Below the pieces are notes generated by a model that saw nothing but the letters and a program-made list of their open reading frames with translations, did not search any database and had not been told where the DNA came from. From Macrostomum lignano (Eukaryota), in NCBI GenBank assembly GCA_002269645.1, contig NIVC01000106.1:806001-870000 (forward strand): a stretch of 64,000 bases of DNA, given 5' to 3'. The translations under genes and the position numbers were made by a program. Below are positions 26,251-40,504 of the stretch, piece after piece (positions within the stretch are counted from its first letter, which is position 1; every line of letters begins with the position of its first letter).

Positions 26251-27071
26251 AACGAGTCTGAATTTTGGTTCGATTCGGTGCTTGTGTGCTCAAAAATTGG
26301 CCTTTGGGGTTGTCGTGCAAATAGACAGATAGACATTTGCACGACAGTCATGTGCATCATGTGCATCATCAGTCATGCACATGATGGCCAGCCTCCAAGG
26401 CACAGTGGGTGTTGCAGAGAGGATTAGAAATTGTCAAGGCCGCTGTAAACTCTGTATTTGCGCAACTGTAAAACAATTATTGGACAAATTATCAAAGCAT
26501 CATACAGCGCAGGCAGTAACCCGTCTGTTCTTTTGCTATTGTCTTATTGACATGATTTTTGCTAATTAAAATGTTACATGGCACGTGTACAGGTATTTAA
26601 TAAATAATACATTTGAACAAGATAAAACCGATGCTTTTAAATCTGCATGCACGTGTTCGCGCATCCACACAGCTAGCTGATCCTCTATTTGATGTAGCAA
26701 CTGACCGGAAGCTTCCAGTTTTGTATCTGCTGTTAATGCATTGTCGATCAGACAAATATGAGCTAGAGATGAGAATTTATCGCGAGGAAGAAGTTGCCTT
26801 AGCTAGTTCAGCAGAAAATGAAGCAAGCAGTCAGTCATCATGGTGACAGGATGCTTGCTTTTCTTGAAAAACTTATCTAAAAGGCGCCCTAATAGATCCA
26901 CACGCAGTTTAATGGGCAAACAAAGTTTGCCGTTATGTTTGCTCGCTAACTGAAAGCTAGCTAACTTTTAAGCGTTTTAGTGTTCTGAATGGCTTCCGCT
27001 GACTGATGGACGGCTAAATAAGACAAACCGGAGAGTTTGGAAGACAGTTTTGCTACTTTTGAGCATTCACG

Positions 27072-28066
<995 letters not shown>

Positions 28067-29003
28067 AAACTACACCCATGAGGGTACATGCCTGAAGATT
28101 AGAAAGTCAAGGTCGCTGTACACCCTGAGCAAGCGTGTGTATGAGTACGTGCCTACATACAGAATTGCGATCAGCGCTGGTTGTGGGATGATATCGCCGA
28201 AGGCATTGCGCTATGATGCCAACAAACTTTCTTAACTCTTCTTGTTGATAAGTTAATACCGGTATTCTCAGTCACTGGATTTATAGAGCTAGACAATTAT
28301 TGGCTAGCGACTCGTGTTGGTTTCAAACACGTTGGCAGTGAGAGCAGCACAAAATTTGCCTGCTCGATCGTCTCCTCCGGTTTCTTGGCCGTGTGAGACG
28401 TGCGTTGTCGACATGCACAGCCGATGGCAGAAGTGTGCAGCGCAGTGGTGACTATGTGGAGAAGCCTCAGGACAATAGTACATAGTACCATAACCTTTGT
28501 GCCCGCTGGGCACTTATTCTTGCCTTTTAATGCCATGGACTACATTTAAGCCCGCTTGCAGGAGTCACACTTATACTTTAATGCAAATTAGCGGGCGGGC
28601 AACGAGAAATAATAAGAGAAAGAATGTGACAATCACAAAATTACGCAACGAGAAATAATAAGAGAAAGAATGTGACAATGTTGATTAACTTTTAACTGTT
28701 ATTTCCTCAGCTTTCATGTTGCGGATGTTTTGTTGATTCGTTGAATGTTTCGTTGTTTCGTGCATCGGGTACAAAGCTTTGGTCTATGGCAATTTGCAAA
28801 AGTAGCACAGGGGTTGGGGCAGAAAAGTGCTCATATCTCAAGAATGCCAGCAGATACAGAAATAAACAGAAGGTCATTTTAACGGGCAGATAATTCTCTT
28901 TTTAACTGCAACAAACTTAATATTTCTGATCGGTCAGAAAAGGCTGTAGTGAAGAAAGTATAGCACCGACTTTTGGGACACCCCTTGTACATGCTAAAAG
29001 TAT

Positions 29004-29765
29004 TATAGCTTTTTGCAGCCCATTTGGGCTTACGTGCATTTAATCTAATCCAAGATAGGTTTGCCAATGTAGTGGAGCTTTTGTCTATGGTAGCAAGGCT
29101 GCCACAGCGGCACTTAATTTAGTCCAACAAGCTTCAATTTGGTCCATAGCTTTATTTGCAACTGTTGCGGAGGAGCAAGATCAGCTCCACAATTGTGAAC
29201 CACTCTAGGTTGTCGAACGTATGGCACTTGCTTGTGATCAAAGCACTCAACACAGGTGAACACCCAAAGGACATTGCAAGGTTGCTGAATACAGAAGAAA
29301 GATGGTTTACAGCATCCATCAGCGTGTTGAAACCACTTCTGGCATAGGTCACCTGTGAAAGGTGGCAATCGCCAAGGCAAGTTGCTAGAGACTCAGGTCC
29401 AACTGCTACTTAATGCAATTGAGACGAACCCTTTGTTGACGGAGCAGAAAATGCAGCAGCAGTTGAAAGAACAGTTCCAGTTGGTTATCAGATTTGGACT
29501 ATCAGCAGAGCTCTGGAAAAGCGACTGAAAATTGCTGGTACAGACGCTGACATTCCAGCGGTGCGCAACAACCCTTAGGCGGTTGCGAGAAGGCAAGAGT
29601 TTGCCATTGGCTCACAAGCATTTGGACCAAATTGATGCTTGCTGGACCAAATCGATAGCCGCTGTGGCAGCCCTGCTACCATAGACAAAAGCTTCACTAC
29701 ATTGGCAAACCTATCTTGGATTAGATTAAATGCACGTAAGCCCAAATAAGCTGCAAAAAGCTATA
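29004..29765 (+). mobile_element. Internally deleted IS630/Tc1-mariner-like element with ~143-bp TIRs, copy 1
   Basis: TIRs 29004-29146 and 29623-29765 (tatagctttttgcagcccatttgggc... / ...gcccaaataagctgcaaaaagctata). Interior HTH-like LVIKALNTGEHPKDIARLLN. No DDE domain. Confidence 0.8.
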
Positions 29766-30019
29766 TTGAATTTTCATGAATTATTTGCCTTTGCAGAAAC
29801 AGAGCATATCAAGTCCACTACTGATGGTACATTTAACGTGGTCAAGGATGCTATGCTTCAAATATTTCAACCCAATTATAATTCCCCGTCATTGTGATTG
29901 GTTTAGAGAACATGTATTTAAGTTTTGACACGACGCATTTCTGATTCCCTTTGGAAGCCATTTCCATTTGAAGCATAAAAATTTATTCTGAAAAATCATT
30001 GCTTCAAAAAGCTAGGGAA

Positions 30020-32232
30020 ATGAAAACGTTGCCAATGATCTTCAATTTAAGTCTGCTGCTGGTTTTCTGCTGCGATTTCTGCGCTCAAAAAGTGCTTGGT
30101 AGGTTTGATTTAACCGCGTCTCAGTGTAAGCTGTAACTTTGGTCTCAGGACTCGATATAATGGTGGCTGGGCCTTATCGAGTCAGGGGCAAGTCAGTGGA
30201 GCTGTGACCACCCTGGCGCACTTTAAGCGACATTGTCACACAACCGGCGAGAGGCATTGCTGCCCATTCCGCCGACTCCCCTGAGCAGGCACACAAATGC
30301 TTGGATATACGCACAGGCACTCACTCACACAGGAGTGTACAGCGGCCCTAACTTTATATTATCGTTTTGTCTTGGGGCTTTGGCCCTCAAGGCCGTAAAG
30401 TGCACGAGCAGAGCCAAGCCGAGATTCCAATTTAGCCCCAAACTGATGTGACTGCACTTGGAATCGAGCCTGGGCCGCTGGCGCATCAGAGCGCCGCGCC
30501 AGACCACTGCTGGGCTACGCCCCTCCTAGACTGCTGTTAGTAGAAGCTCGAGATGGGACGTCTAATGAGAAAATATTTCAACTCAGTTTTCTATAAATAG
30601 GTAGCTTCGACAGCTCAAATTGAGATGATACATAAGAATAGGTAGCTTTGATCAGGTTTAATGAACTAGACTAAATAAATAAATATACTGTCATATGTGC
30701 ATCGTCTGCAGGTGCCGAGAAAATCACCGTTCCCAAAAACAAGCCTGCTAAGCAGTCTTCAAAGTACCGCCCAAACGACGACCCAGCCCTGGCTAACAAC
30801 GGCAACACCGGCGGCTCCCTTGTGCGCCTGTCGAACTGCTTCGAATGCGCGAACAACGACCCGCTACCCTGGTGGATGGTCGACATGGGAGAGATCTACT
30901 TTGTCCACCAGGTGAAGGTGTGGAACAGAATCAACTGCTGTGCTGGCCGGTTTCGGCAGGTTAGCGTTGGTAAGTTGCTGCTGCGAAGATTTTTTAATCC
31001 ATTGTTTTACATTAACTACGAGTACATTGCAGCGATGGCAAAAATTTAGGTTTGATTTTTTTCTTTCTCACTAGTGTACATGTATCTTTTACTAATCGAA
31101 ATGCTGAGAGCGGCATAAAGCTTGCATTTTGTGTTGGCATATTGGTAGCAATTTCGAGTATTTTATGTCAGCTCCATCAATCCGAATCAGTTCGACGAGT
31201 CTGACTGGTCAATATGCTATAGACGATGATCTTTTTGAAAGGGCAAGAATCACCTGGCAGGCTGGAGCTCAATGCTTTATGCCTGCCGCTTGAGAGATTG
31301 TTAGTAATTACGAGCGTAATATTAACTTTCCACAAATATTAGCCTGCCTCCAAATTTCCAAAGATTTTTTTATAAGAGACTGATATTCTCTTATGGGATA
31401 GCCTTCGTACTTTGAAGATTCGGGCACCTGGCTCAATTTTTCTGCTTTGCTAACCCCTGAAATATGCCTGCCCAATCAAATCCTTTCTATATTCCAGGTG
31501 TGGCTAAAAATCCCATCGTATGGACGTCCTTCAACCAGGACCTGTTCGAACGCTGCGACTATTGGCCCGGGGTGGCCACGGTCGCTGACAATCCCATCGT
31601 GTTCACCTGCCCCAGCCCCATCGGAGGCAGGTACCTGGCCGTGTACAAGAACACCAGCGGACTGAGCGACGGCAGTGCCAGGCTGCACTTTTGTGAGGCT
31701 GACATCCTGGCAGGTTAGATGGGCCTTTGTACGAGCGTAGCTTTGGTAGTTCCTTCATATAGTGTTCTGGCAGTTCAAATATAGGAACAATGGGCTACAT
31801 CACCGTCACTGAGTGTTACTTGGGCTGATTAATAGGCAACAAGATTAAGACGCGCCGGTAGATACTGAGCTACCGTATTTAATTTAAGTCACACTTATTG
31901 GGTATTTCTAGTTCGCTCTTGACTATCACCTTATTTTATTAAAACATATTCTTAAAAATTAAATTTCAGTCCTAAAGCCGTCCATGATCTCGTTCAAGGC
32001 CAAGGTCATTCCGCCAAGGTTCTCAACGAAGCCAACCGACTCGCAGCTCGATGGCTCTCCGATTGCTGTCAAGTCGGACATCGCCTGCGTGCGTGAGTGC
32101 GGCAGCCACCCAATGTGCCTCTACACTCTGTACAAGCAGGGCAACTGCTGGCTGTTCTCATCTGGCAGCATCTCCGATAGCTTCATCAGCATCCTGAGCG
32201 GTGGAGATGCCAAGTTCATGCAGCTGAACTAA
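30020..32232 (+). CDS. Secreted F-type lectin + PAN/Apple-domain protein, paralog B (271 aa)
   Basis: Exons 30020-30098, 30712-30969, 31498-31713, 31970-32232 (816 nt, phase-1 GT-AG introns). Exons 2-4 differ from A at about 26 of 737 nt (hand count). Confidence 0.92.
30204..30523 (-). mobile_element. tRNA-derived SINE, copy 2 (lectin B intron 1)
   Basis: Reverse complement begins ggggcgtagcccagcagtggtc...ggctcgattcc. Same body as the other copies. Confidence 0.85.
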
Positions 32233-32784
32233 TCATCAAATATTCGGGAAAGTTGTGAAACAAGCTAAACTGAACTCAAATAATACTCGTAAAACAGCTT
32301 TTTAAAGTTTCAGGTGAAATCTAAAGCCAGCGCGATAATAATTATTTTAAAAAAGCTACTGTTTTAAATGATGTGACTAAAATAAAATAATTATTTCCCA
32401 ATTAGTTAACGTGTAACACAGATATTAGAATAACTAGATGGTCCACTCAGCACATTTGCGCCTTTTAGCTACTTTCAGTTCAGTAGTAAGTCAAACTGAA
32501 GAATTTTAATGTATTTTTAAACACAAGGATTATTCTTTAATACCTGAAGAACAAGAACCTTCAGGCCTCAGACTCCATACAGAAACCTCTACCTTTTTTC
32601 CCTAGCCAGCAAAAGCAGGAAATTTCATTGTTCGCAGGAAACAGAAAGAATATTTTGATGTGGTCTTTCAACTTCTTAAAAATTATTTCGAAAAATAAGA
32701 TATGGGTTTGAAGAACTGCCTGCAGAAAGAACAACGCTATTAAATAGCTTTATATATACAGTAATAGCACTACGAGGTAGAACT

Positions 32785-33088
32785 CTTTGGGGCAGGTTCC
32801 GACACCTGGATCCTGACGGATGCCTTGGAGAGGCAGCTGGACGCTGCGCATGCGGCCATTCTGCGAGCGGCGTTCGGAAAGCAGCGGTCCAGACAGTGAG
32901 ACCAATACGCCGCGCTCTACACGAGTGCGCGCCTGATGCGGCCTTCTGACCTGCCTACGCCGGCGGCGACTTCGACTGCCCTGAGCCGCTGCTCTCTGAC
33001 TCCCCCCCTTTCTGGCTACACTGCGTGGCTGGCGGGGTGAAGTATGTTTTGTTGTTGTTGTTGTTGTTGTTTTTGTTGTTGTTGTTAA
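32785..33088 (+). mobile_element. 5'-truncated RTE-like LINE 3' end with a (TTG)n tail
   Basis: GSDTWILTDALERQLDAAHAAILRAAF..ALY resembles the YGSETW...LDxF..xLR post-RT region of RTE elements. (GTT)n follows at 33050-33088. Confidence 0.6.
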
Positions 33089-33718
33089 GGCAGGTCAAGA
33101 GAAGGAGTAAGGAAAAAAGAAACAATTTCTTTATTTTTAATTAAGTTCTGACGATTGAGATATATTGTGAACTAAGCTAGTGCCAAGAAAACTGAAAACT
33201 TACTCGCTAATCTTCTTTGCAGCGAACACCGGCAAACTTCCAGCAAAATTTGCAGCCAGCTTTTGAAAGCAGTAAAGCGGAGTGTGGATCCACCGTAGAC
33301 CCTTGAGTTTGCCAAAGAGTTTCTTGTTCATATAAGGCTTTTCAGGTAACCATGGTTTCTAGCGTAAGCAGGATGCCTTACTTTAAGCATCAGTAAAGCG
33401 TTGCATTTTCGTGCTCACTTCTATCAACAATGCATCTTTGTCATTTGAGTTTCTGCCTGTGAGAGTCTGCTTCTGAGAGAAACAATGGGTGAATGGCTCA
33501 CTGAGCATGTTAAGAGCCAGGAAAAGCACTTGTAAGTACTTGGTTGTAGTTAAAGGCTCAAGTTTTCCTCTTAAGACTCTAAGCCACTAGCTGCAGCTTC
33601 AGGAGAGGTTTAGATTCTTTTTAAGCAGAATTTCTTTCCAAATTTTCTGTAGACATTTTTTCTCTAAATTTTACTCAATATTTTCCAAGAAGAATTGCTA
33701 GTTCGTAAAATAAACGCG

Positions 33719-35447
33719 ATGAATAGGCAACAATACAAGTTCGACGCGAATTCTTTCTTTATCGTTTTCATCATCTGCTTGTTGAGATGCTCAATCACTA
33801 CCGGTAAGGCAAACTTATTTGAGAATTCTAAAGGTGGTTTCATCATCAATTAATACTCTGAGAATGCATTCTCTAATTCTAATTGAATTTCTCAGCTCCC
33901 ACCGTGCCGAAAAACTTACCGACCAAGATGTCGTCTTTGTACGAGGCGCCATCGAATTCTGCCTATGGCTACAACGGCAACACTAATGGAGTTTACAATC
34001 CATCCACTCAGTGCTTCGCTACTAGCAACACCGACTTTAGTCCCTGGTGGATGGTGGACATGGGAAAGGACTACATTGTTTCTGGTGTTCGAGTGTGGAA
34101 TCGAGTCGATTGCTGCGCTGAACGGTTTAGACTGATCACTGTTGGTGAGTGGCAGCTGATTCCATTTGGTTTTTATTGACGATGTTGTTCACCTTGAGAG
34201 TTTTCAACCGCATCCAATCCAAGGAGTCACCTCGAATCCGTCCGCGTGGAACAGCGCAGATCGCAACCTGTTCAGCAAGTGCTTCGATTGGCAGGGAGTA
34301 GCCGCGGCCGTTGACAATCCACTGAGCTTCTCTTGCAATCAACCGACTGTAGGCAGGTACCTGGCTGTGTTTAAAAACACGAGCGGACAGACTGGAGACG
34401 TCATTGTGCTGACAATGTGCGAGATCGACATCTACTGTAAGTTCAACACAACCAGGGTGGCGCAGTTCTAGGCAGTTTTATTGGGAGATGGGTCTTTATT
34501 GGAAGATGAGTTTTTATTGGAAGATGGGTCTTTACTGGGAGATGGGTCTTTACTGGGAGATGGGTCTTTACTGGGAAATAGATCTTTAATGGGAGATGGG
34601 TCTTTACTGGAAGATGGGTCTTTACTGGGAGATGGGTCTTTACTGGGAGATGGGTCTTTACTGGGAGATGGGTCTTTATTGGGGGATAGGTCTTTATTGG
34701 GGAGTTAGGTCTTTATTGGGGGATAGGTATTTGACTTTGACTCTTTATTGGGGGATAGGTCTTTATTCGGAGACGGGTCTTTATTGAGAGAGGGGTCTTT
34801 ATTGGGGATAGGTCTTTATTGGGGGATACATGCGTAGGTCTTTATTGGGGGATAGGTCTTTATTCGGAGACGGGTCTTTATTGAGAGAGGGGTCTTTATT
34901 GGGGATAGGTCTTTATTGGGGGATACATGCGTAGGTCTTTATTAAGGGATAGGTCTTTATTCGGAGAAGGGTCTTTATTGAGAGATGGATCTCTAATGGG
35001 CTTTAGTACCAAGGGGCGCCAGCACGAAGGGTCTTTAGCACCAATAAGGGGCGCCAACACTTAAAATGAAAATGTTGTTTCAAGACCATCCAGTCAATAT
35101 TCAGCTATTCCGTCAGGGACCAGATGTACAAGTTCGTACATATAACCCAGGCAGAAGGCTAACAAAACGCTCGTGAATCGCTTCCAGACAAAGATCCATC
35201 GTCCGGCGTCTTCAAGACTACTCTGCCAAGCTTCTCAGCGAGCTCGACTAGCCTGGTGGCTTCAACCTCCGCCAGCACAGACGTGCATTGCACCATCATC
35301 TGCGCCGCCAAAACTGAGTGCTTGTATATTCTGTTCCAATCAACCACACTCAATTGCTGGCTGCTGTCATCGTCCACCGCTCCAGACAATTTGCGCATCG
35401 AGTATAACAATCCGGATGCTAAATTCTTGGGATTTATCGAGGAGTGA
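33719..35447 (+). CDS. Secreted F-type lectin + PAN/Apple-domain protein, paralog C (268 aa)
   Basis: Exons 33719-33803, 33896-34144, 34224-34436, 35188-35447 (807 nt, phase-1 GT-AG). Hydrophobic leader FFIVFIICLLRCSITT. WNRVDCCAER, VGRYL, MCEIDI. PAN motif CTIICAAKTEC..CWLL. Confidence 0.9.
34487..34985. repeat. 18-bp minisatellite (gggtctttactgggagat) and derivatives in lectin C intron 3
   Basis: Direct reading. Confidence 0.92.
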
Positions 35448-35842
35448 ATTCAATGACTGATAATTTACTCAAAGTCGAAGCAAAATTAGTTTGAACTGCT
35501 ACAGTACGGTGTTCTCACACTGCTCCCACTATTATTAGATTCATGGGATTCATCTACCCCCCCGTAGGTCTATTCACAGAGCCCAAGTTATTATTTACAA
35601 TTTGCTGTCATTCTATTGCACAGCGCAACACGTGTTCGATCTATCAACTTCGATAACAACTTGGTGTGCTGTCAAGAATCTCGAAAATAAATCAGCTAGA
35701 TTGACAGGTTGGCATTGCACTTGGAAGGAATAAACAGTACTTTCTGCACATCAAACTTGTTTTATCTTAATTGGCTGGGTGTTTTACTTAAATTGGTTTA
35801 ATGATCAGTGTGTAGCATGCGGAGTTGAATGTAGAGTGGAGT

Positions 35843-36400
35843 ATGTAGCTTGTGGACTGGAATGTAGAGCTTGTGGACTGGAATGTAGAGCTTGTGGACT
35901 GGAATGTAGAGCTTGTTGACTGGAATGTGTAGCTTGTGGACTGGAATGTGTAGCTCGTGGACTGGAATGTGTAGCTTGTGGACTGGAATGTGGAGCTTGT
36001 GGACTGGAATGTGTAGCTTGTGGACTGGAATGTGTAGCTTGTGGACTGGAATGTGTAGCTTGTGGACTGGAATGTAGAGCTTGTGGACTGGAATGTGTAG
36101 CTTGTGGACTGGAATGTGTAGCTCGTGGACTGGAATGTGTAGCTTGTGGACTGGAATGTAGAGCTTGTGGACTGGAATGTGTAGCTTGTGGACTGGAATG
36201 TGTAGCTCGTGGACTGAAATGTGTAGCTTGTGGACTGGAATGTGTAGCTTGTGGACTGGAATGTGTAGCTCGTGGACTGGAATGTGTAGCTTGTGGACTG
36301 GAATGTGTAGCTTGTGGACTGGAATGTAGAGCTAGTGGAGTGGAATGTGAAGCTTGCGGAATAAAATGTGGAGCTAGTGGAGTGGAATGTAGAGCTTGTG
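35843..36400. repeat. 21-bp minisatellite (agcttgtggactggaatgtgt)
   Basis: Direct reading, about 25 units. Confidence 0.95.
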
Positions 36401-37180
36401 AGGTGGAGTTTCTGGAGTGACTGAGTATTTAATGTCTTGCTTGATCTGTTTAGTCATATCATAAGTACACAGCTACATGTTTGCTAGTTTTTCAAAACCA
36501 TTACTATAGCTTATTGATAAAATGAAATAAGAAAATTAAACAAAAAAGCAATAGATTTACCATGATAATTTCAAGAGCGGAACTGCCCAACCAAATTGAT
36601 GACAGATATTGATTGAGTCGACTTATACTTGAGCAAAACTGCAACGCAAACAGACAACTAAGAAACCAACGCTTCCGTAGATCACGTACAGACTTTACGA
36701 CCATATTATATAGTTAAAAACAAATGAAAAATAAACAAGTGTTACAGTCTGCAAGGGTAGCCTAAAGATGAATAAAAAATACACTCATGGAGTTAAGTAA
36801 GACGAACTGATAACTACTTATTAAGTAAATTGAAGGTCAAAAGTAAGAAAATAGATTTGAAAAGGTTAGAGATGCTTATTAAATTGTTAAAAGTGATATG
36901 CAAACAGAACAGTAAAAAATGGAGGGTGACAGTGACAGTGTAAACACGTTTTAGACTTACAACTAGCCCACTAAATGCAGATTAGTTAAGCACAACAAAA
37001 ATAGTTACTATTATTAAATGTATCGATACTTAGACTTCTGTACTACAAATGGGCGCGCGGCAATCAAGCAAAACTTGAAATATAATTATAGCACCATTTC
37101 ACCTAACATCAAATTTACTGCTTAATGCCAAAGTAATAAAAAAACTCGATAACAGACTGAATCAGAGTTAAAGTGTCTTT

Positions 37181-40100
37181 TCAACAGGCTTTAGCCTGAG
37201 CCCGAGCCTGAGCTCTAGCCTGCTCTTCTGCAACAGCAATGGGCCGACGGAACAGTATAATGTGCGGCTCCGGGTGGTGAACCATATAGTTAACCCAGCC
37301 TAGGCTCTGTTGAATGCCCAGACTGCGCCACTCGGCTTCGCTCATCAAACGGATTGAATCGCCACTCCTTGGCAGTCTGGACACCAGCTCCTTGGGAATG
37401 TGGCAGTGCCTAAAAATGTATGCTTTTAGTGTATAGTAGTAGTATGATATTAAATTCAAGGTGTAGTGTTTAACTGTAATTATAGCTGCGGCTATAGAAC
37501 ATGTGCTAGGTTGATCTTTTACCTTGGGCATTATAAAGAGGGTTGCGGTACCAAGAACCTTAATTTACTCATAGTATATAAAATAAGTCTGCTTGGTGCC
37601 AACCTTAGAATATTCTTTATGCTGGGATTACAAAAAATGATAGAGAATGAACTGGCATAGGTAAAAAACTAAATAGGAGTGGTTAAATCTGGGTCAGAGC
37701 ACCTTCTCATACCCAACCCAATAACTTGATTGCAAACTTTGTTTACCTTTGCTATTGAAAATTGAACTATAATGTAAGGGAAGAAAGGGGGGCCGTAGCC
37801 CAGCGGTAGCGCAGCTGCTCTGGTGTGCCAGCGACCCAGGCTTGATTCTAAGTGCAGTCACATTAATTTGGGGCTGAATTGGAATCTCGGCTTGGCTCTG
37901 CTCGTGCAATTAACAGCCTTGAGAGCCAACCCCCCAAGGTGCAGTGAAGTGTACATGCCTAACGATAAAATGAAGTTAGGGCCGCTGTACACTCCTGTGT
38001 GAGTGTGTGCCTGAGTATGTATCCGCGCACTTGTATGCCTGCTCAGGGGAGTCAGCGGAATGGGCAGTAATGCCTCTTGCTAGTTGTGGGCCCATGTCGC
38101 TTAAAGTGTGCCAGGGTGCACACACCCCCCCCCTACCTCTAATAATAAAAAAGTAAGGGAAGAAGTCTTAAGATTAGAATGCTAGGGACTAGGAACTGAT
38201 AACCTAGGAAGTAGGAACAACAAGGTTGATAACTATCTTTCCTGACCTATCCCATTAGCCTAGCTTGCCAATGAGATAGCTAAAAACATTTAAAAGCTAA
38301 AACACAAATGAGACTCCTATATACTGCCAATATTTACACAGCAACAAAATTTATAAAGCCTCCTAGCTCTCAATAAGTTGAAATAAATTAAAGGAAAGCA
38401 TTGATTTAGTAATTTTAATAAGGATATAAAGTTTTATTAACTGTATTTATTTTGATCTTTTGCAGCTTTTTGAGTAGCCCCTAATAGGCTAATAGGCTTA
38501 TAGGACCTATATAAATTTTTAGCTAAAAATAGAATTCCACTGTAGCTACAGATATGGCTACAGGAAGTTACAGATAGAGATATGGTTATGGGAACTTGTA
38601 CTTCACATATATACTAATACCACTCAACTGAGACCCAAAAATACCACAAGAACTGTTGATCTGATGGAGAATAAGAGAAATTAATAACTGTTGCTTGCTA
38701 GCCTTCAAAGTGGTAAGAACTTTAAAGTCTCTAAAATTTAGGACTCAGCATCAACATAGACTGTCAATGCAATTTCCATGTTATAGTTGGATAGTAAAGA
38801 CTGAAATAAAGATGAATTTTTTTACTTTCAAAGGGGAGCTTTTAAGTCCCTACATGGATTTGGAAACTTAGCAACAGAGTTGATACCACATGCACATACA
38901 CAAGGGAAGGGGGCTAAAGTTAGATGAATATTTTCACTTTCAATGTAGGGAAGCTCTTAAGTCCCTAGGGTTAAAGACTTCAACAAAAGAAATTTTTGAT
39001 GCCATATGCTGGGTTGTGGGGCCATACATGCGCAACAGTCGGCTGAGTCAACCGATCTGGCTGACCGATTTGGCAGCCAATCAAGGAAGTTGCAAAAATG
39101 CCCAACCGAAAAAATACCAAAGTAGTATTACTAAGTAGCTGATGAGGCATTTTGACCTAATAAGACAGTCATAGTTACTCCTTCTGTTTACCCAAAATTG
39201 CATTAATTTTGCTTTACGGTTTTTATTACATGTAAGTCACATTTTTGGCCAAAAACTATGTCGCATCTTTGTTAAAACTAAGTTGCATGGCTGACCGAAT
39301 TTTGGAGGTTGTGCAAGTATGCGTGGGGCTAAAATTAAGACAAATATCTTTATTTTTAATGTGAAGGCCAAAGGGAATTTTCAAGTTCTTAGAATTGGAG
39401 ACTAAAGCAACAAAGATAGAAATATTTGATATTGGAATTGGAATTAAGGTTGGAATAAGGGGCATTAAAGTTAAGATATGTTTTTATTATAAATAAACAG
39501 GGAACTCTAAAGTCTCTAGGGTCAAGCCAAGGACTTAAGCAATATATATTTGACACTTGAGACACATTGTGGTTGGGATAGTGGGTGCTTAAATCAAGAT
39601 CAATGAAGCAAATTGGGAAGCTGACTAGTATCTACCATTATCAAATTAGGTTAGATTGCAAAAAAGGCTTTTTGGAAACCAACTAATTGGTCCAAGTAAA
39701 CTATTATAATTGCAGAAGATCTTGATAAGAATTAAAGATTTAGTTACTTTAGTTACCAAAACAATATAAGAAAGGAAAAAAAAGGAAAAATAATGAAAAA
39801 AGGAAAAGAGGGGAAAAAGAGAAAAGGAAAGGAAAGAAGAGAAAGAAGAAGGGATAAAAAAGCAAAAGAGAGAAAAAAGAAAAGAGAAGACATTTGCCCT
39901 TGGCTACAATCCATAGTTTAGATCATATATTAGTATATGCTAGGTTTAGTAGAAGAAAAAAGTAAGACTAAGACCTTGTATATATACTAGGACTAAAAAT
40001 GTCACTGATGTTTTTTATTGTATAATGTATATTAGAAATGTATATATGCAATATCTAGCTGTTTTTTTAAACTTAAAGCATTTTATTTATCAAGGTCTAG

Positions 40101-40504
40101 GTCTTAGTACTATAATCTATATAATAGTTACAGAAAGTTTATTAACTAGGTAGATATAAATACCAATTGTTGATTTACATGTAGACCCTATCTTAATAAT
40201 GTATATCTCCCATTCAAAATTTTCTAGAACCTGACAGATAATTATGGATAAGGATAGGCCTAGGCAGCTATAGTCATATAGAAAAATTATAATAGGCCTA
40301 TAAGATTATGGTGGCCTAGCTCTAGGTTATTTTTTAGCTAAGACCTAGTCCTAGTCCTAGGCTCTACTCCTAGGTCTAATAATAGGCCTAATATTTATAA
40401 TTAAAATAATATTAATTAACAATTATTGACTTCACTTACCTATATTCATACATATCATCTCTGTATTTCTCAGAGTATAAAATTTTTGATGCCAGATTGC
40501 TCAT
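37181..40504 (-). CDS. CKS1: Cyclin-dependent kinase regulatory subunit (CKS/Suc1), 97 aa
   Basis: Exon 1 40504-40440 ([27 protein letters not shown] donor) and exon 2 37409-37181 ([45 protein letters not shown]). The phase-2 intron falls in the YR codon. CKS1 versus CKS2 orthology is not resolvable. Confidence 0.93.
37787..38152 (+). mobile_element. tRNA-derived SINE, copy 3, full length with a 12-bp TSD (CKS intron)
   Basis: gtaagggaagaa at 37774-37785 and 38153-38164. Head ggggccgtagcccagcggtag, tail ctaataataaaaaa. Confidence 0.9.

Noticed and set aside
26350-26385. 12-bp hairpin catcatgtgcat / atgcacatgatg
   Set aside because: Isolated and derived from a local short repeat, with no functional context.
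28599-28679. 35-bp direct repeat of CRISPR-like size
   Set aside because: Two copies with an 11-nt gap in a eukaryotic context. A simple local duplication.
28297-28990. Tc1/pogo-like relic (TIR-like tacaaggggtgtcccaaaaa on -, His/Cys-rich ORF resembling DHHC or pogo)
   Set aside because: One TIR-like end only. The DHHC motif is absent and the pogo similarity shifts between frames. Plausible but unsupported.
37787-37860. Functional tRNA gene at the SINE heads
   Set aside because: No clean cloverleaf or anticodon arm and no Pol III terminator. The sequence continues into the SINE body.
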